Source of the DNA: Acidobacteriota bacterium
GTDB taxonomy: Bacteria; Acidobacteriota; UBA6911
Assembly (NCBI GenBank): GCA_037444305.1
Contig: JBBIMP010000023.1
Span: forward strand, 2,798 to 66,797
DNA: 64,000 nt
Reading direction: 5' to 3'
Shown one piece after another: positions 10,163 to 19,371 of this stretch. Numbering within the stretch: position 1 is the first letter of the stretch; every line of letters starts with the position of its first letter. The notes under the pieces were generated by a model. It was not told the DNA's origin. It made no database searches and saw only the letters and a list, made by a program, of their open reading frames with translations. Position numbers and translations under genes: made by a program.

Positions 10163-11311
10163 TCATTCCCGCCTCCGGATCGCCAGCACCGTGATGTCGT
10201 CGTGCAGCTCGGCCTGTCCCGTGAAGCCGGCCACTTCACGGTAGATGCTCTGCACGAAGGTTTCCGCCTTTTCCCCAGCGTGGCGCAGGATCGATTCCCG
10301 CAGCCGCCCAGTCTCGTACATGAGGCCTGCGGCATTCATCGCTTCCGTGACGCCGTCGCTGGTGAGAAGCAGAAGGTCCCCGGGTTCGAGATGAAAATCG
10401 ACCTCCTCGAAATCCGCTTCCTCCAGCAGCCCTAGCGGCATGCCCGGCACGGCTACCTCCAGGAGTTTCCCGTTCCTCACTATGATCGGAAACGGCATGC
10501 CGCCGTTGGCGATCGTGCCTCTGCCCGTCGCCCGGTCCAGCTGCAGCAGCGCCACTGCTATGTGGTTGCTCGCCTCGTAGCGCGCGATCATCCCGGCGTT
10601 GAGGGCGCGCAGCGTTTCCCGGGGAGACCTCATCTGCTCGAAGATCGAGCGCAGGTAGCCGCTGAATACGGCGCCGTACAGCGCGGCCGGAATCGATTTG
10701 CCCGACACGTCGCCGATCACCGCGCGCAGAATCCCGGCCGGCCAGTTCCAGTCGAAATCGTAGAGATCCCCGCCCACCTCGCGCGCGGGGTGGTATTTTA
10801 CGGCCGTCTCGTACCCTTCGGGCTGCAGGCAGGCGGGCGGCAGGATGTAGCGTTGAATCTCCCGCGCAATCTCCAGTTCCCGGGCCATCCGCTCGCGGCG
10901 AATCAGCTCTTTCCGGAAGCGTGCGTTTTCCACCGACAGGCGGTGGGCCTCGAGGCCCCTCTCGACCGTCATGAGGAGATCCGGCGGGTCCCAGGGCTTC
11001 ACCAAGTAGCGGAAAACCCTGCAGCTGTTGATCGCCTCCATGAGGACGTCCGCATCCATGTAGCCCGTGAGAATGATCCTGACGGCGTCCGGCAAGGCCT
11101 CCAGCGTGCGGCGCAGGAATTCGATGCCGCTCATGTCGGGCATCCGCTGGTCCGCAATGATGACGGCGACGTCGCCGGCGTCCCGCAGCAGCTCCAGCGC
11201 TTCGCGCCCGCTGCCGGCGGCAAGAACGGGATAGCGGTTTACGAACGTCCGCTTGAGCTTCTGCAGATTTGCCGCCTCGTCATCCACCACCAGTATCTTT
11301 TCCAGCGGCAT
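10163..11311 (-). CDS. Response-regulator receiver fused to a PP2C-type Ser/Thr phosphatase (RsbU/SpoIIE-like)
   Basis: MPLEKILVVDDE ... DQRMPDMSG is a REC domain, and the C-terminal part is PP2C-like (GDVSGKS ... TSDGVTE ... DDITVLA). I take the internal ATG at 11311. Confidence 0.8.
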   Translation of the reverse strand: MPLEKILVVDDEAANLQKLKRTFVNRYPVLAAGSGREALELLRDAGDVAVIIADQRMPDMSGIEFLRRTLEALPDAVRIILTGYMDADVLMEAINSCRVFRYLVKPWDPPDLLMTVERGLEAHRLSVENARFRKELIRRERMARELEIAREIQRYILPPACLQPEGYETAVKYHPAREVGGDLYDFDWNWPAGILRAVIGDVSGKSIPAALYGAVFSGYLRSIFEQMRSPRETLRALNAGMIARYEASNHIAVALLQLDRATGRGTIANGGMPFPIIVRNGKLLEVAVPGMPLGLLEEADFEEVDFHLEPGDLLLLTSDGVTEAMNAAGLMYETGRLRESILRHAGEKAETFVQSIYREVAGFTGQAELHDDITVLAIRRRE

Positions 11312-11331
11312 GGGGCTTCTCCGGCAGCGAC

Positions 11332-12291
11332 TCAGCTTCCGCTGCGCAGCTCCTGTGCGATTTCGCGGGCGATGAGGCGCGCTTTTTCCAGTTCCTCCGG
11401 GGCAAGCGATATCGCGCCCACGACAGGGTGTCCTCCGCCCCCGTGGCGTTCGCACAAGGCCGCGAGGTTGTGCATGCGCGGCCGCGGCGCCCAGGGATTG
11501 GAGCCTACCGAGATCTTGGCGCGATAAGAGGAAAGGCTCACGCCCACGCAGTAGACCGCCCGGGGAAACAGGTAGTAGGGTATGAACTTGTTGTACCCCT
11601 CCATGTCGTTTCCGCTCACGTCGAAAAAGATGGTGCCGTCGGCGCACTGCGACCGTTCGCGAATGATGTCGATGGACCGGAGGTGGCGTTCGTGCAGCGG
11701 CCGGAAAGCCGCCTGCACCCAGCCGAGCTCGGCGACCTCCCGGAGAGGCCGCCTCTGAAACTCCTCGATGAGCCGGTGAGTTCCCGCCGGCTTGCGCATC
11801 CCCTCGATCACCATCATGAGCCTCATGGCCGGCTCCTTCAGCTCCACGGCCGCCTCCGCGCTCTCGAAGAGCGCGCCGTCGATGATGTCGGCCCAGCGAA
11901 TGAGCTCGTCCATCCTCCCGGGATCGAAATCAAACCTGCCGCGCACCGTGTCCGCGATGAACTTGGTGCAGGAGCCGTAGCCGGCGTCGTGGAATTTTCT
12001 TCCGCTCCTGTCCGCGCGGAAGTGCGCCTCGTCTTCGGCGCTGAGGAAGGCGCTCTGGTGATGGTCGAACCACCAGTGAAGCCGCGGATCGCTGGAGTAC
12101 TTGAAGTCGACAATCGCATTCACGTCGCCTTCGAAGCGTACGTCGAGGAACAGCTCTCCCGCGCGGTGCGCCAGCCCTTCGTAGATCACCTCCGCATTGG
12201 GCTCGAAGCGGTTTTTGAAGAAATCGGTGAAGACGGCCGCAGAAGCCAGCCCGTCGAAGCAATTGTCGTGAAAAAAGACCCTCAGTTTCAT
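11332..12291 (-). CDS. DHH/DHHA1-family phosphoesterase (NrnA/RecJ-core-like)
   Basis: FHDNCFDGLAS (DHH motif I) and GGGGHPVVGA (DHHA1 GGGH). I take the internal ATG at 12291. Confidence 0.55.
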   Translation of the reverse strand: MKLRVFFHDNCFDGLASAAVFTDFFKNRFEPNAEVIYEGLAHRAGELFLDVRFEGDVNAIVDFKYSSDPRLHWWFDHHQSAFLSAEDEAHFRADRSGRKFHDAGYGSCTKFIADTVRGRFDFDPGRMDELIRWADIIDGALFESAEAAVELKEPAMRLMMVIEGMRKPAGTHRLIEEFQRRPLREVAELGWVQAAFRPLHERHLRSIDIIRERSQCADGTIFFDVSGNDMEGYNKFIPYYLFPRAVYCVGVSLSSYRAKISVGSNPWAPRPRMHNLAALCERHGGGGHPVVGAISLAPEELEKARLIAREIAQELRSGS

Positions 12292-12440
12292 CTGATCTTT
12301 CAAAGCACCGTTTGCGTGAATACCTTCCCGAATCCGAATCTCGCTTCTTGCAGTCAGCGTCTGGGGGAGCGGATAAGAATTGGGAATGCTAACACAGGGG
12401 TTTTGGCCGCGCAAGAATGGGGAAGGCAGCGTTCCCTCTG

Positions 12441-13619
12441 CTAGCGGGACAGGATCAGCTTGGCAATCGTCTGCAGCTGCATGTTCGACGTCCCTTCGTA
12501 AATCTTGCCGATCATCGCATCGCGGTAGTATTTCTCCACCGGGTATTCCCTCGTGTAGCCGTACCCGCCGAAGATCTCGATCGCGAGGCCGGTGACGCGC
12601 GCCGCTGCCTGGGAGGAATAGTACTTGGCCATCGCTGCCTCCCGGACGAAGTTCTTCCCGGCCATCTTCATCCTCGCGGCGTTGTAGACCATCAGCCTGG
12701 CCGCCTCCACCTCGGTCGCTGCCTTTGCCAGGTCGAACTGCACCCCCTGGAAGCTCGCGATGGGCTTGCCGAACTGCACGCGTTCATTGGCATAACGCAG
12801 CGCGTGATCCAGGGCGCCCTGGGCCACGCCCACCATCTGCGCGCCAATCCCGATGCGGCCCTCGTTCAGCGTTTCGATCGAAACCTTGTAGCCCTTCCCC
12901 ACCTCCCCCAGCACCCTTTCTGCGGGCAGGAAGCAGTCCTCCAGGATCAGCTCGCAGGTGGAGCTGGCCCGGATCCCCAGCTTGTCCTCCTTCTTTCCCA
13001 CGCTGAATCCCGCGTCCTCCCGCTCGACGATAAACGCGGTGATTCCCCTGTAACCCTTCTCCGGGTCGGCATTGGCAAACACGATGAAGATTCGCGCTTC
13101 GCCCGCGTTCGTGATCCACAGCTTCTGTCCGTTCAGGACGAAGCCTCCGTCCTTTTTCTCGGCCCTGGCGGCGAGCGCAAAGGCGTCGCTGCCCGACCCG
13201 GCCTCGGACAGGGCGTAGGCGCCCACGGTGTCGCTGCACAGGCGCGGCAGATACTCCCGCTTCTGCTCCTCCGTGCCCCAGCAGAGAATGGCGTTGTTCA
13301 CCAGCGTGTTCTGCACATCCACGATGACCGCCGCCGAGGCATCGACCCGGGAGAGCTCCTCCACCGCCTGACACGCCATGAAAAAGCTGCCGCCGGCGCC
13401 GCCGTATTGCTCGGGGATGGCCACGCCCATCAGTCCGAGTTCGAACATCTGACGCAGCAGCCCTGCATCCATCCTGGCCTCCAGGTCCATCCTGGAAACG
13501 TGAGGGCCGATCTGCTCCTCCGCGAATCCCGCAACCGTCGATTTGAACAGCTCCTCCTCCTCGGACAGGAGCGTCAGGGGGAAGCGGGCGCCTGTGAGAT
13601 TTCCGGTTTCCTCGTGCAT
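12441..13619 (-). CDS. Acyl-CoA dehydrogenase
   Basis: Full-length ACAD pattern: YALSEAGSGSDA ... KLWITN ... QIFGGYGY ... YEGTSNMQ. I take the internal ATG at 13619. Confidence 0.9.
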   Translation of the reverse strand: MHEETGNLTGARFPLTLLSEEEELFKSTVAGFAEEQIGPHVSRMDLEARMDAGLLRQMFELGLMGVAIPEQYGGAGGSFFMACQAVEELSRVDASAAVIVDVQNTLVNNAILCWGTEEQKREYLPRLCSDTVGAYALSEAGSGSDAFALAARAEKKDGGFVLNGQKLWITNAGEARIFIVFANADPEKGYRGITAFIVEREDAGFSVGKKEDKLGIRASSTCELILEDCFLPAERVLGEVGKGYKVSIETLNEGRIGIGAQMVGVAQGALDHALRYANERVQFGKPIASFQGVQFDLAKAATEVEAARLMVYNAARMKMAGKNFVREAAMAKYYSSQAAARVTGLAIEIFGGYGYTREYPVEKYYRDAMIGKIYEGTSNMQLQTIAKLILSR

Positions 13620-13795
13620 GAATGTGAACCTCCGATCGTTTGATGTAAGAAGACCCGAACGTTTATAACACCAGCCTGCCGGGAACATCCAGCCCCAGAA
13701 GCGGCAAGACGGCTGCTGCCAGCCCCTCCTGTCCCGGCCCCGGATCCTCCTCCATCCTTTGCCGAATCAGGTAATTGTAAGAATGCGGGTCTCGT

Positions 13796-13824
13796 TTGAC
13801 ACTCCGCCCCGCAGTCCATATAAT
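13796..13824 (+). promoter_or_regulatory. Consensus sigma-70 promoter: TTGACA, 17-nt spacer, TATAAT
   Basis: A perfect -35 (13796-13801) and -10 (13819-13824), about 44 nt upstream of the GWxTD gene ATG. Confidence 0.5.
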
Positions 13825-13867
13825 TTTTTGTTCTGGGGGCGGGAAGCCCTCACACGGGGTGAAAACA

Positions 13868-15487
13868 ATGCGCAACAAGAGCTTTTTTCGTTTCTTCATC
13901 ATGACTTTCGGCCTGACAGCCGTGTTCCTGGCGCCCGCTGCCGGCCTGGCCCAGAGAGGCAGGAACCAGCGCGAAATTGGACGATCGGAGTATTTCAAGA
14001 AGTGGCTGCAGGAGGATGTGGTCTACATCATCTCCGAAGAGGAGAAGAAGGTTTTCAAGGATCTCACCACCGACGAGGAGAGAGAGAAGTTCATCGAGCA
14101 GTTCTGGTTGCGCAGGGACACCGACCCTCGAACCCCCGACAACGAGTTCAAGGAAGAGCACTACCGGCGGATCGCCTATGCCAACGAGCGCTTCGCCTCC
14201 GGCATCCCGGGATGGAAAACCGACCGGGGACGCATTTATATCGCGTTCGGGGAGCCGGCACAGATCGAATCTCACCCCTCGGGCGGGAGCTACAACCGTG
14301 AGTTTCACGAGGGGGGCGGGTTCACCTCCGTGTACCCGTTCGAGCGCTGGCGGTACCGCTGGATCGAAGGCGTGGGCGATGACATCGAGATCGAGTTCGT
14401 CGACCGCTCCATGAGCGGCGAGTACAGGATCGCCCTCAGCCCCGAGGAAAAGGATGCGCTGCTGCACGTTCCTGGCGCGGGTCTCACGCTGCGGGAGGAG
14501 ATGGGCCTCTCCACAAAAGCCGACAGGCCGTACTTCAACCCGTCCGCGGGCGACGACCCCTCGATCGGCGGCTACATGCGCGCCAAGGACATGCCCTTCG
14601 AGCGCATGGAGCGGTATTTCAACCTGCAGCGTCCGCCGCAGATCAAGTTCGATGATCTGAAGGGCTTCGTCACCACACGCGTGACCTACAACCAGCTCCC
14701 CTACAACCTGCGCACCGACTTCATCCGGCTCTCCCCTGACAAGGTCCTGGTGCCCATCACCGTGGAACTGGAGAACAAGAACCTGGAGTTCAAGCGGCAG
14801 CTCGATTTCAACCGCGCCGTGGTGAACGTCTACGGGCTGGTGACCAGCCTGACGGGAAGGATCATGGCGGAATTCGAGCACGAGATAACGGCCGAGTACA
14901 CGGACCAGTTCTTCGAGCAGGGGAAGCAGAACCGCGCCATCTACCAGAAGGTCGTGGCCCTGCCCCCGGGACAGCGCTTCAAGCTGGACCTGGCGCTGAA
15001 GGATGTCAACAGCAACCGGACCGGCCTCCTGAGCCTGGGGATCAACGTTCCCAAGTACGGCCAGGAGAACCTCCAAGCCAGCTCCATCATCCTGGCCAAT
15101 TCGGTGACCGCCGTCCCGACCAACGCCGACCAGCTCGAACAGTTTGTCATCGGCGACCTCAAGGTCCAGCCGAACGTCAAATCCGAGTACGTCAACGGCC
15201 AGTTCCTGATCCCGTACGTGCAGTTTTACAATGCCGCCGTGGACCAGACGACTCTGGAGCCCTCCCTGAGCCTCACCTACTCCATAAAAGCTGGAGGCAA
15301 GGTTCTGGACGAGTACGAGGACAGCGCCGGGCATTCGGTGCAGTTCTTCTCCGGGCAGAGGGTGGTGGCCATTGGCCGGATTCCGCTGAAGGACCTGCCG
15401 GCCGGGGAATACCAGCTCGAGGTGAAGGTCCTGGACCGCATCACGGGCCAGACGCTGGTCTCGGAAGCGGACTTCAAGGTCAGATAG
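13868..15487 (+). CDS. Secreted GWxTD-domain protein
   Basis: A signal peptide (MRNKSFFRFFIMTFGLTAVFLAPAAGLAQ) and the motif GIPGWKTDRGRIYIAFGEP, which is typical of the Acidobacteria GWxTD domain. Confidence 0.7.
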   Translation: MRNKSFFRFFIMTFGLTAVFLAPAAGLAQRGRNQREIGRSEYFKKWLQEDVVYIISEEEKKVFKDLTTDEEREKFIEQFWLRRDTDPRTPDNEFKEEHYRRIAYANERFASGIPGWKTDRGRIYIAFGEPAQIESHPSGGSYNREFHEGGGFTSVYPFERWRYRWIEGVGDDIEIEFVDRSMSGEYRIALSPEEKDALLHVPGAGLTLREEMGLSTKADRPYFNPSAGDDPSIGGYMRAKDMPFERMERYFNLQRPPQIKFDDLKGFVTTRVTYNQLPYNLRTDFIRLSPDKVLVPITVELENKNLEFKRQLDFNRAVVNVYGLVTSLTGRIMAEFEHEITAEYTDQFFEQGKQNRAIYQKVVALPPGQRFKLDLALKDVNSNRTGLLSLGINVPKYGQENLQASSIILANSVTAVPTNADQLEQFVIGDLKVQPNVKSEYVNGQFLIPYVQFYNAAVDQTTLEPSLSLTYSIKAGGKVLDEYEDSAGHSVQFFSGQRVVAIGRIPLKDLPAGEYQLEVKVLDRITGQTLVSEADFKVR

Positions 15488-15586
15488 CCGGCGGCTCTGC
15501 CGCCGCCGTCAGGGGAATCGCACGACCGGACCCCGGTTGAAACAATCAGCAACAGCAGAACCGCGGACAGGCCGAACCGTCCAACC

Positions 15587-16573
15587 ATGGATATTTCCGT
15601 CGTCATACCCACGTGGCGGGGAAAGCACCTCCTGGAGTCCTACCTGCCGTCGGTGATTTCCGCCTGCGCCGCCTACTCCGAGGATTCCGGATTTGAGACG
15701 GAAATCGTAGTGGTCGAAGACTGCGGCGGCGACGGCACCCCGGAATGGCTCCGGGCCCAGGCACACCCGTTAGTCCGACTGCAAGAGCACGAGCGCAATC
15801 TCGGTTTCTGTGCCGCCTGCCAGACCGGCTTCGACTCGGCGCGCCATCCCCTGGTGCTGCTGCTCAACAACGACGTCCGCCTCCGGCAGGACTGCATCGC
15901 GCCGATGATGGAGCATTTCTCCGACCCGCAAACCTTCGCCGTGACCGGAAAGATCTTCAGCCAGGGTGAGGACGTTTTCTGCAACGGCGGCAAGCTGGCG
16001 CGGTTCCGCCGGGGCATGTGGAGCACCTGGGAGAATTACGACCTGCTCCCCGGCGTAAAGCCCGACCTTTCGCTGCTCTCGTTCACCGCCATCGGAGCCT
16101 TCTCGCTGTTCCACCGGAGGCGGTTCCTGGAGATCGGCGGCTTCGACCCGCTGACGGCCATGGTGGAGGACGTGGAAATCTCCTACCGCGGGTGGAAACG
16201 CGGATGGCTGATAAAATACGATCCGCGCGCCGTGGCCTATCACGACGCCAGCCAGACCATGGACCAGAGGTACAGGCGCCGCGCGCTGGACAAGATCTCC
16301 CGCCGCAGCCGGATGCTCATGCACTGGATGCTCCTTCACGACCGCGGAATGTTCGGCCGGCACCTGCTTGCAGTCGCCGGCCGCTTCCTCGCGTGCTGGC
16401 TGTACCTCGACTGGCGCTTCTACTGGGCAATCTTTACCGGGCTGGGCAACCTGCCGGTCATCCTGCGCAAGCGGAGGGAGACGCGCCGCACCATGGAGCG
16501 CACCGACCGCGAATTGCTGGACCTGCTCTCCCGCTTCTACCAAACGGCTCCCATCGCGCCGCGCAAGGCCTGA
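15587..16573 (+). CDS. Family 2 glycosyltransferase
   Basis: VVIPTWR ... EIVVVEDCGGDGT ... LLLNNDVRL is a GT2 (GT-A) fold with a DxD. Confidence 0.8.
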   Translation: MDISVVIPTWRGKHLLESYLPSVISACAAYSEDSGFETEIVVVEDCGGDGTPEWLRAQAHPLVRLQEHERNLGFCAACQTGFDSARHPLVLLLNNDVRLRQDCIAPMMEHFSDPQTFAVTGKIFSQGEDVFCNGGKLARFRRGMWSTWENYDLLPGVKPDLSLLSFTAIGAFSLFHRRRFLEIGGFDPLTAMVEDVEISYRGWKRGWLIKYDPRAVAYHDASQTMDQRYRRRALDKISRRSRMLMHWMLLHDRGMFGRHLLAVAGRFLACWLYLDWRFYWAIFTGLGNLPVILRKRRETRRTMERTDRELLDLLSRFYQTAPIAPRKA

Positions 16574-16575
16574 CC

Positions 16576-17334
16576 ATGGATCCCATATCAGCCACGCTCA
16601 TCACGCTCGACGAGGAAGACAACATCGAAGAGGCGCTGAAATCGGTCTCCTGGGCCGACGAAATCGTCGTCGTCGACGGCGGGAGCCGCGATGCCACCCT
16701 GGATATCTGCCGCCGGTATACGGACAGGATCTATCGCCGCGACTGGACGGGTTTCGTGGATCAGAAAAACCACGCTGTCGAGCGGGCCCGGCACGACTGG
16801 ATCTTCTCGCTGGATGCCGATGAACGCGTTGGTCCGGAGCTCAAGGCTGAGATCGAAGCCCTGCGGGGCCCGGGTCCCAGGTTTGCCGGATACCGCATCC
16901 CCAGGGTGGCGCACTTCATGGGGCGCTGGATCCGCCACGGCGACTGGCACCCGGATCGCCAGCTCCGCCTGTTCGACCGCAGGCGCGGGCGGTGGTGCGG
17001 CGGCCGGGTGCACGAATCCGTGCAGGTCGACGGGGAATGCGGCATCCTGCGCGGCGAAATACTGCACTACACTTATCGCAGCCTCTCGGATTACCTGGAC
17101 AGGCTCGAAACTTACTCCACGCTGGCGGCGCGGGATTACCAGGAAAGAGGAAAGGTGGCGACAGCCTGGAAGGTGGCGGCGAATCCTCCGGTTACCTTCC
17201 TCAAAGCCTACGTCCTCAAGCGCGGCTTCCTGGACGGGCTGCCGGGATTCATGGTGGCGTTCATGGGCTCCGTCTCGGTTTTCTTCAAGTATGCCAAGCT
17301 GCTCGAGTTGCAGCGGTCGCGCCGGGAGCGGTGA
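16576..17334 (+). CDS. Family 2 glycosyltransferase (WaaE/KdtX-like)
   Basis: ISATLITLDEEDNIEEAL ... EIVVVDGGSRDAT ... FSLDADER. It starts 2 nt after the preceding stop (an internal ATG of ORF 16018..17334). Confidence 0.8.
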   Translation: MDPISATLITLDEEDNIEEALKSVSWADEIVVVDGGSRDATLDICRRYTDRIYRRDWTGFVDQKNHAVERARHDWIFSLDADERVGPELKAEIEALRGPGPRFAGYRIPRVAHFMGRWIRHGDWHPDRQLRLFDRRRGRWCGGRVHESVQVDGECGILRGEILHYTYRSLSDYLDRLETYSTLAARDYQERGKVATAWKVAANPPVTFLKAYVLKRGFLDGLPGFMVAFMGSVSVFFKYAKLLELQRSRRER

Positions 17335-17349
17335 GGGCAGGAAAAAGCA

Positions 17350-17461
17350 TTACACGGAGTTCACGGAGAAGCACGGAGGTCCACGGAGAAAACCGCCGAA
17401 TGCGGGGCAGCAAAAGCCCGCTCTCTGTGGTTCTCAGTGCTTCTCCGTGAACTCCGTGTAA
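17350..17461. repeat. Composite repeat element: four phased 10-bp CACGGAG direct repeats flanked by a 25-bp perfect inverted repeat
   Basis: The decamers tACACGGAGt, tCACGGAGaa, gCACGGAGgt and cCACGGAGaa sit at 17351, 17361, 17371 and 17381. The left arm at 17350-17374 is the exact reverse complement of the right arm at 17437-17461. Confidence 0.6.
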
Positions 17462-17554
17462 CCGCCTTTCGTTCCATTACCGCAAGCCTCCTGCCCCGGC
17501 TGTGCTATATTATCCGCTTTAATCCGGACCCCCATTGAACGAAAGGCCGTAATC

Positions 17555-18307
17555 ATGAAAGGAATCGTACTCGCGGGCGGGCTCGGCTCGCGGCTCAACC
17601 CGCTGACCAGGGTCACCAACAAGCACCTTCTCCCCATCTACCACAAGCCCATGATCTACTACCCGATCGAGACGCTGGTGGCGGCGGGGATCCGCGACAT
17701 CCTGATCGTCACCGGGGGCAAGAACGCCGGGCACTTCCTGGAGCTGCTGGGCAACGGCAAGCACTTCGGCCTGCACCACCTTAACTACACCTACCAGGAG
17801 GGGGAAGGCGGCATCGCCGCCGCGCTGTCGCTGGCCGAGTTCTTCGCCGACGAGGAACCGGTCTGCGTGATCCTCGGGGACAACATCATCGAGGGGTCCA
17901 TCGCGAAGTTCGTCCGGAACTTCGAACAGCAGGAAGGCGGCGCCCGCGTGCTGCTGAAGGAAGTCGAGGACCCGCAGCGCTTCGGCGTACCCGAGCTGCG
18001 GGGCGACGAAATCGTCCGCATCGAGGAGAAACCGGCGATCCCGGCATCGAATTACGCCATCACGGGGATCTACCTGTATGATCCCGAAGTGTTCCAGATC
18101 ATTAAGACGCTGAAGCCGTCCGGGCGCGGGGAGCTGGAAATCACGGACGTGAACAACGCCTACATCCGGAAGGGCCGGCTCCGGTACGACATCCTCGAGG
18201 GCTGGTGGACCGATGCCGGAACCTTTGAGTCCCTGCTGCGCGCCTCCACTCTCGTGTCCGATTTGATGCGCAGCCGCGGGGAGCAGGGCGAGTCCGGGAG
18301 CGATTAA
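17555..18307 (+). CDS. rmlA: Sugar-phosphate nucleotidyltransferase, probably glucose-1-phosphate thymidylyltransferase (short form)
   Basis: GGLGSRLNPLT ... HLLPIY ... ILGDNI ... EEKP. Its position immediately 5' of rmlB and rmlD supports the call. Confidence 0.65.
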   Translation: MKGIVLAGGLGSRLNPLTRVTNKHLLPIYHKPMIYYPIETLVAAGIRDILIVTGGKNAGHFLELLGNGKHFGLHHLNYTYQEGEGGIAAALSLAEFFADEEPVCVILGDNIIEGSIAKFVRNFEQQEGGARVLLKEVEDPQRFGVPELRGDEIVRIEEKPAIPASNYAITGIYLYDPEVFQIIKTLKPSGRGELEITDVNNAYIRKGRLRYDILEGWWTDAGTFESLLRASTLVSDLMRSRGEQGESGSD

Positions 18308-18339
18308 AGGCGGAAGCCGTTCGAAGAAAGGGGGCTGAA

Positions 18340-19371
18340 TTGCGCCTGCTGATCACGGGCGGCGCCGGTTTCATCGGCGCCAACTTCACAAGGTTTGTCC
18401 TAAAGCGCCGTCCCGGCTACCGGGCGGTCGTCCTGGACAAGCTCACCTATGCCGGCAACATGGAGAACCTGGCCGGGCTGGAAAAACACGCGGAATTCCG
18501 GTTCGTCCAGGGAGACATCTGCGATGCCGCGCTGGTGGATTCGGTTCTGCAGAGCGGGATCGACGCCGTGGTGCACTTCGCCGCCGAGTCGCACGTGGAT
18601 CGCAGCATCCTCGACCCTTCGGAATTCGCCCGTACGAACGTGATGGGGACGCTCTGCCTGCTGGAAGCGTCGCGGAAAAACAGGGTGGGTCGGTTCATCC
18701 AGGTCTCGACCGACGAGGTCTACGGCAGCCTGGGCGAAACGGGAGCCTTCACGGAATCCTCCCCGCTCGCCCCCAACAGCCCCTATGCCGCCAGCAAGGC
18801 GGGCGCCGACATGATGGTGCGAAGCTATCACCACACCTATGGCTTCCCCGCGCTCACCACCCGCTGCTCCAACAACTACGGGCCCTTCCAGTTTCCCGAG
18901 AAGCTGCTTCCGCTGTTCATCACGAACGCCCTTTCGGGCATGAAGCTGCCGCTGTACGGCGACGGGCTCTACATCCGGGACTGGATCCACGTGCGGGATC
19001 ACTGCTCCGCGCTGGACCGGGTGCTCCACGACGGACGCGACGGCGAAGTATACAACATCGGGGCGCGCCAGGAGATTTCCAACCTCGAGATTGCAAAGCT
19101 TCTGCTCAGCCTGCTGGGCGCGAGCGAGGACCTGATCACCTTCGTGAAGGACCGCCCGGGGCACGACCGGCGCTACGCCATCGATTCGTCCAAGATAGAG
19201 GGGGAACTTGGCTGGCGGCCCGAGATCCCCTTCCAGGAGGGCATCATAGAGACCGTCGACTGGTACCGCAACAACTCCGCCTGGGTGTCCAGGGTCCGAA
19301 GTGGGGAGTACCTCACCTACTACGACCGGATGTACAAGGACCGGCAGCGCACCCTGTCCGAACTCTCATGA
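18340..19371 (+). CDS. rmlB: dTDP-glucose 4,6-dehydratase
   Basis: ITGGAGFIGANF ... VHFAAESHVDRS ... YAASKAG fits an SDR-type RmlB. It begins with TTG after the RBS AAGGGGG. Confidence 0.9.
   Translation: MRLLITGGAGFIGANFTRFVLKRRPGYRAVVLDKLTYAGNMENLAGLEKHAEFRFVQGDICDAALVDSVLQSGIDAVVHFAAESHVDRSILDPSEFARTNVMGTLCLLEASRKNRVGRFIQVSTDEVYGSLGETGAFTESSPLAPNSPYAASKAGADMMVRSYHHTYGFPALTTRCSNNYGPFQFPEKLLPLFITNALSGMKLPLYGDGLYIRDWIHVRDHCSALDRVLHDGRDGEVYNIGARQEISNLEIAKLLLSLLGASEDLITFVKDRPGHDRRYAIDSSKIEGELGWRPEIPFQEGIIETVDWYRNNSAWVSRVRSGEYLTYYDRMYKDRQRTLSELS

Noticed and set aside
17350-17461. CRISPR array (short direct repeats)
   Set aside because: The repeats are only 10 bp with 2-3 variable positions, are contiguous with no spacers, and are enclosed in an inverted repeat. 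No cas genes are present. This is not CRISPR architecture.
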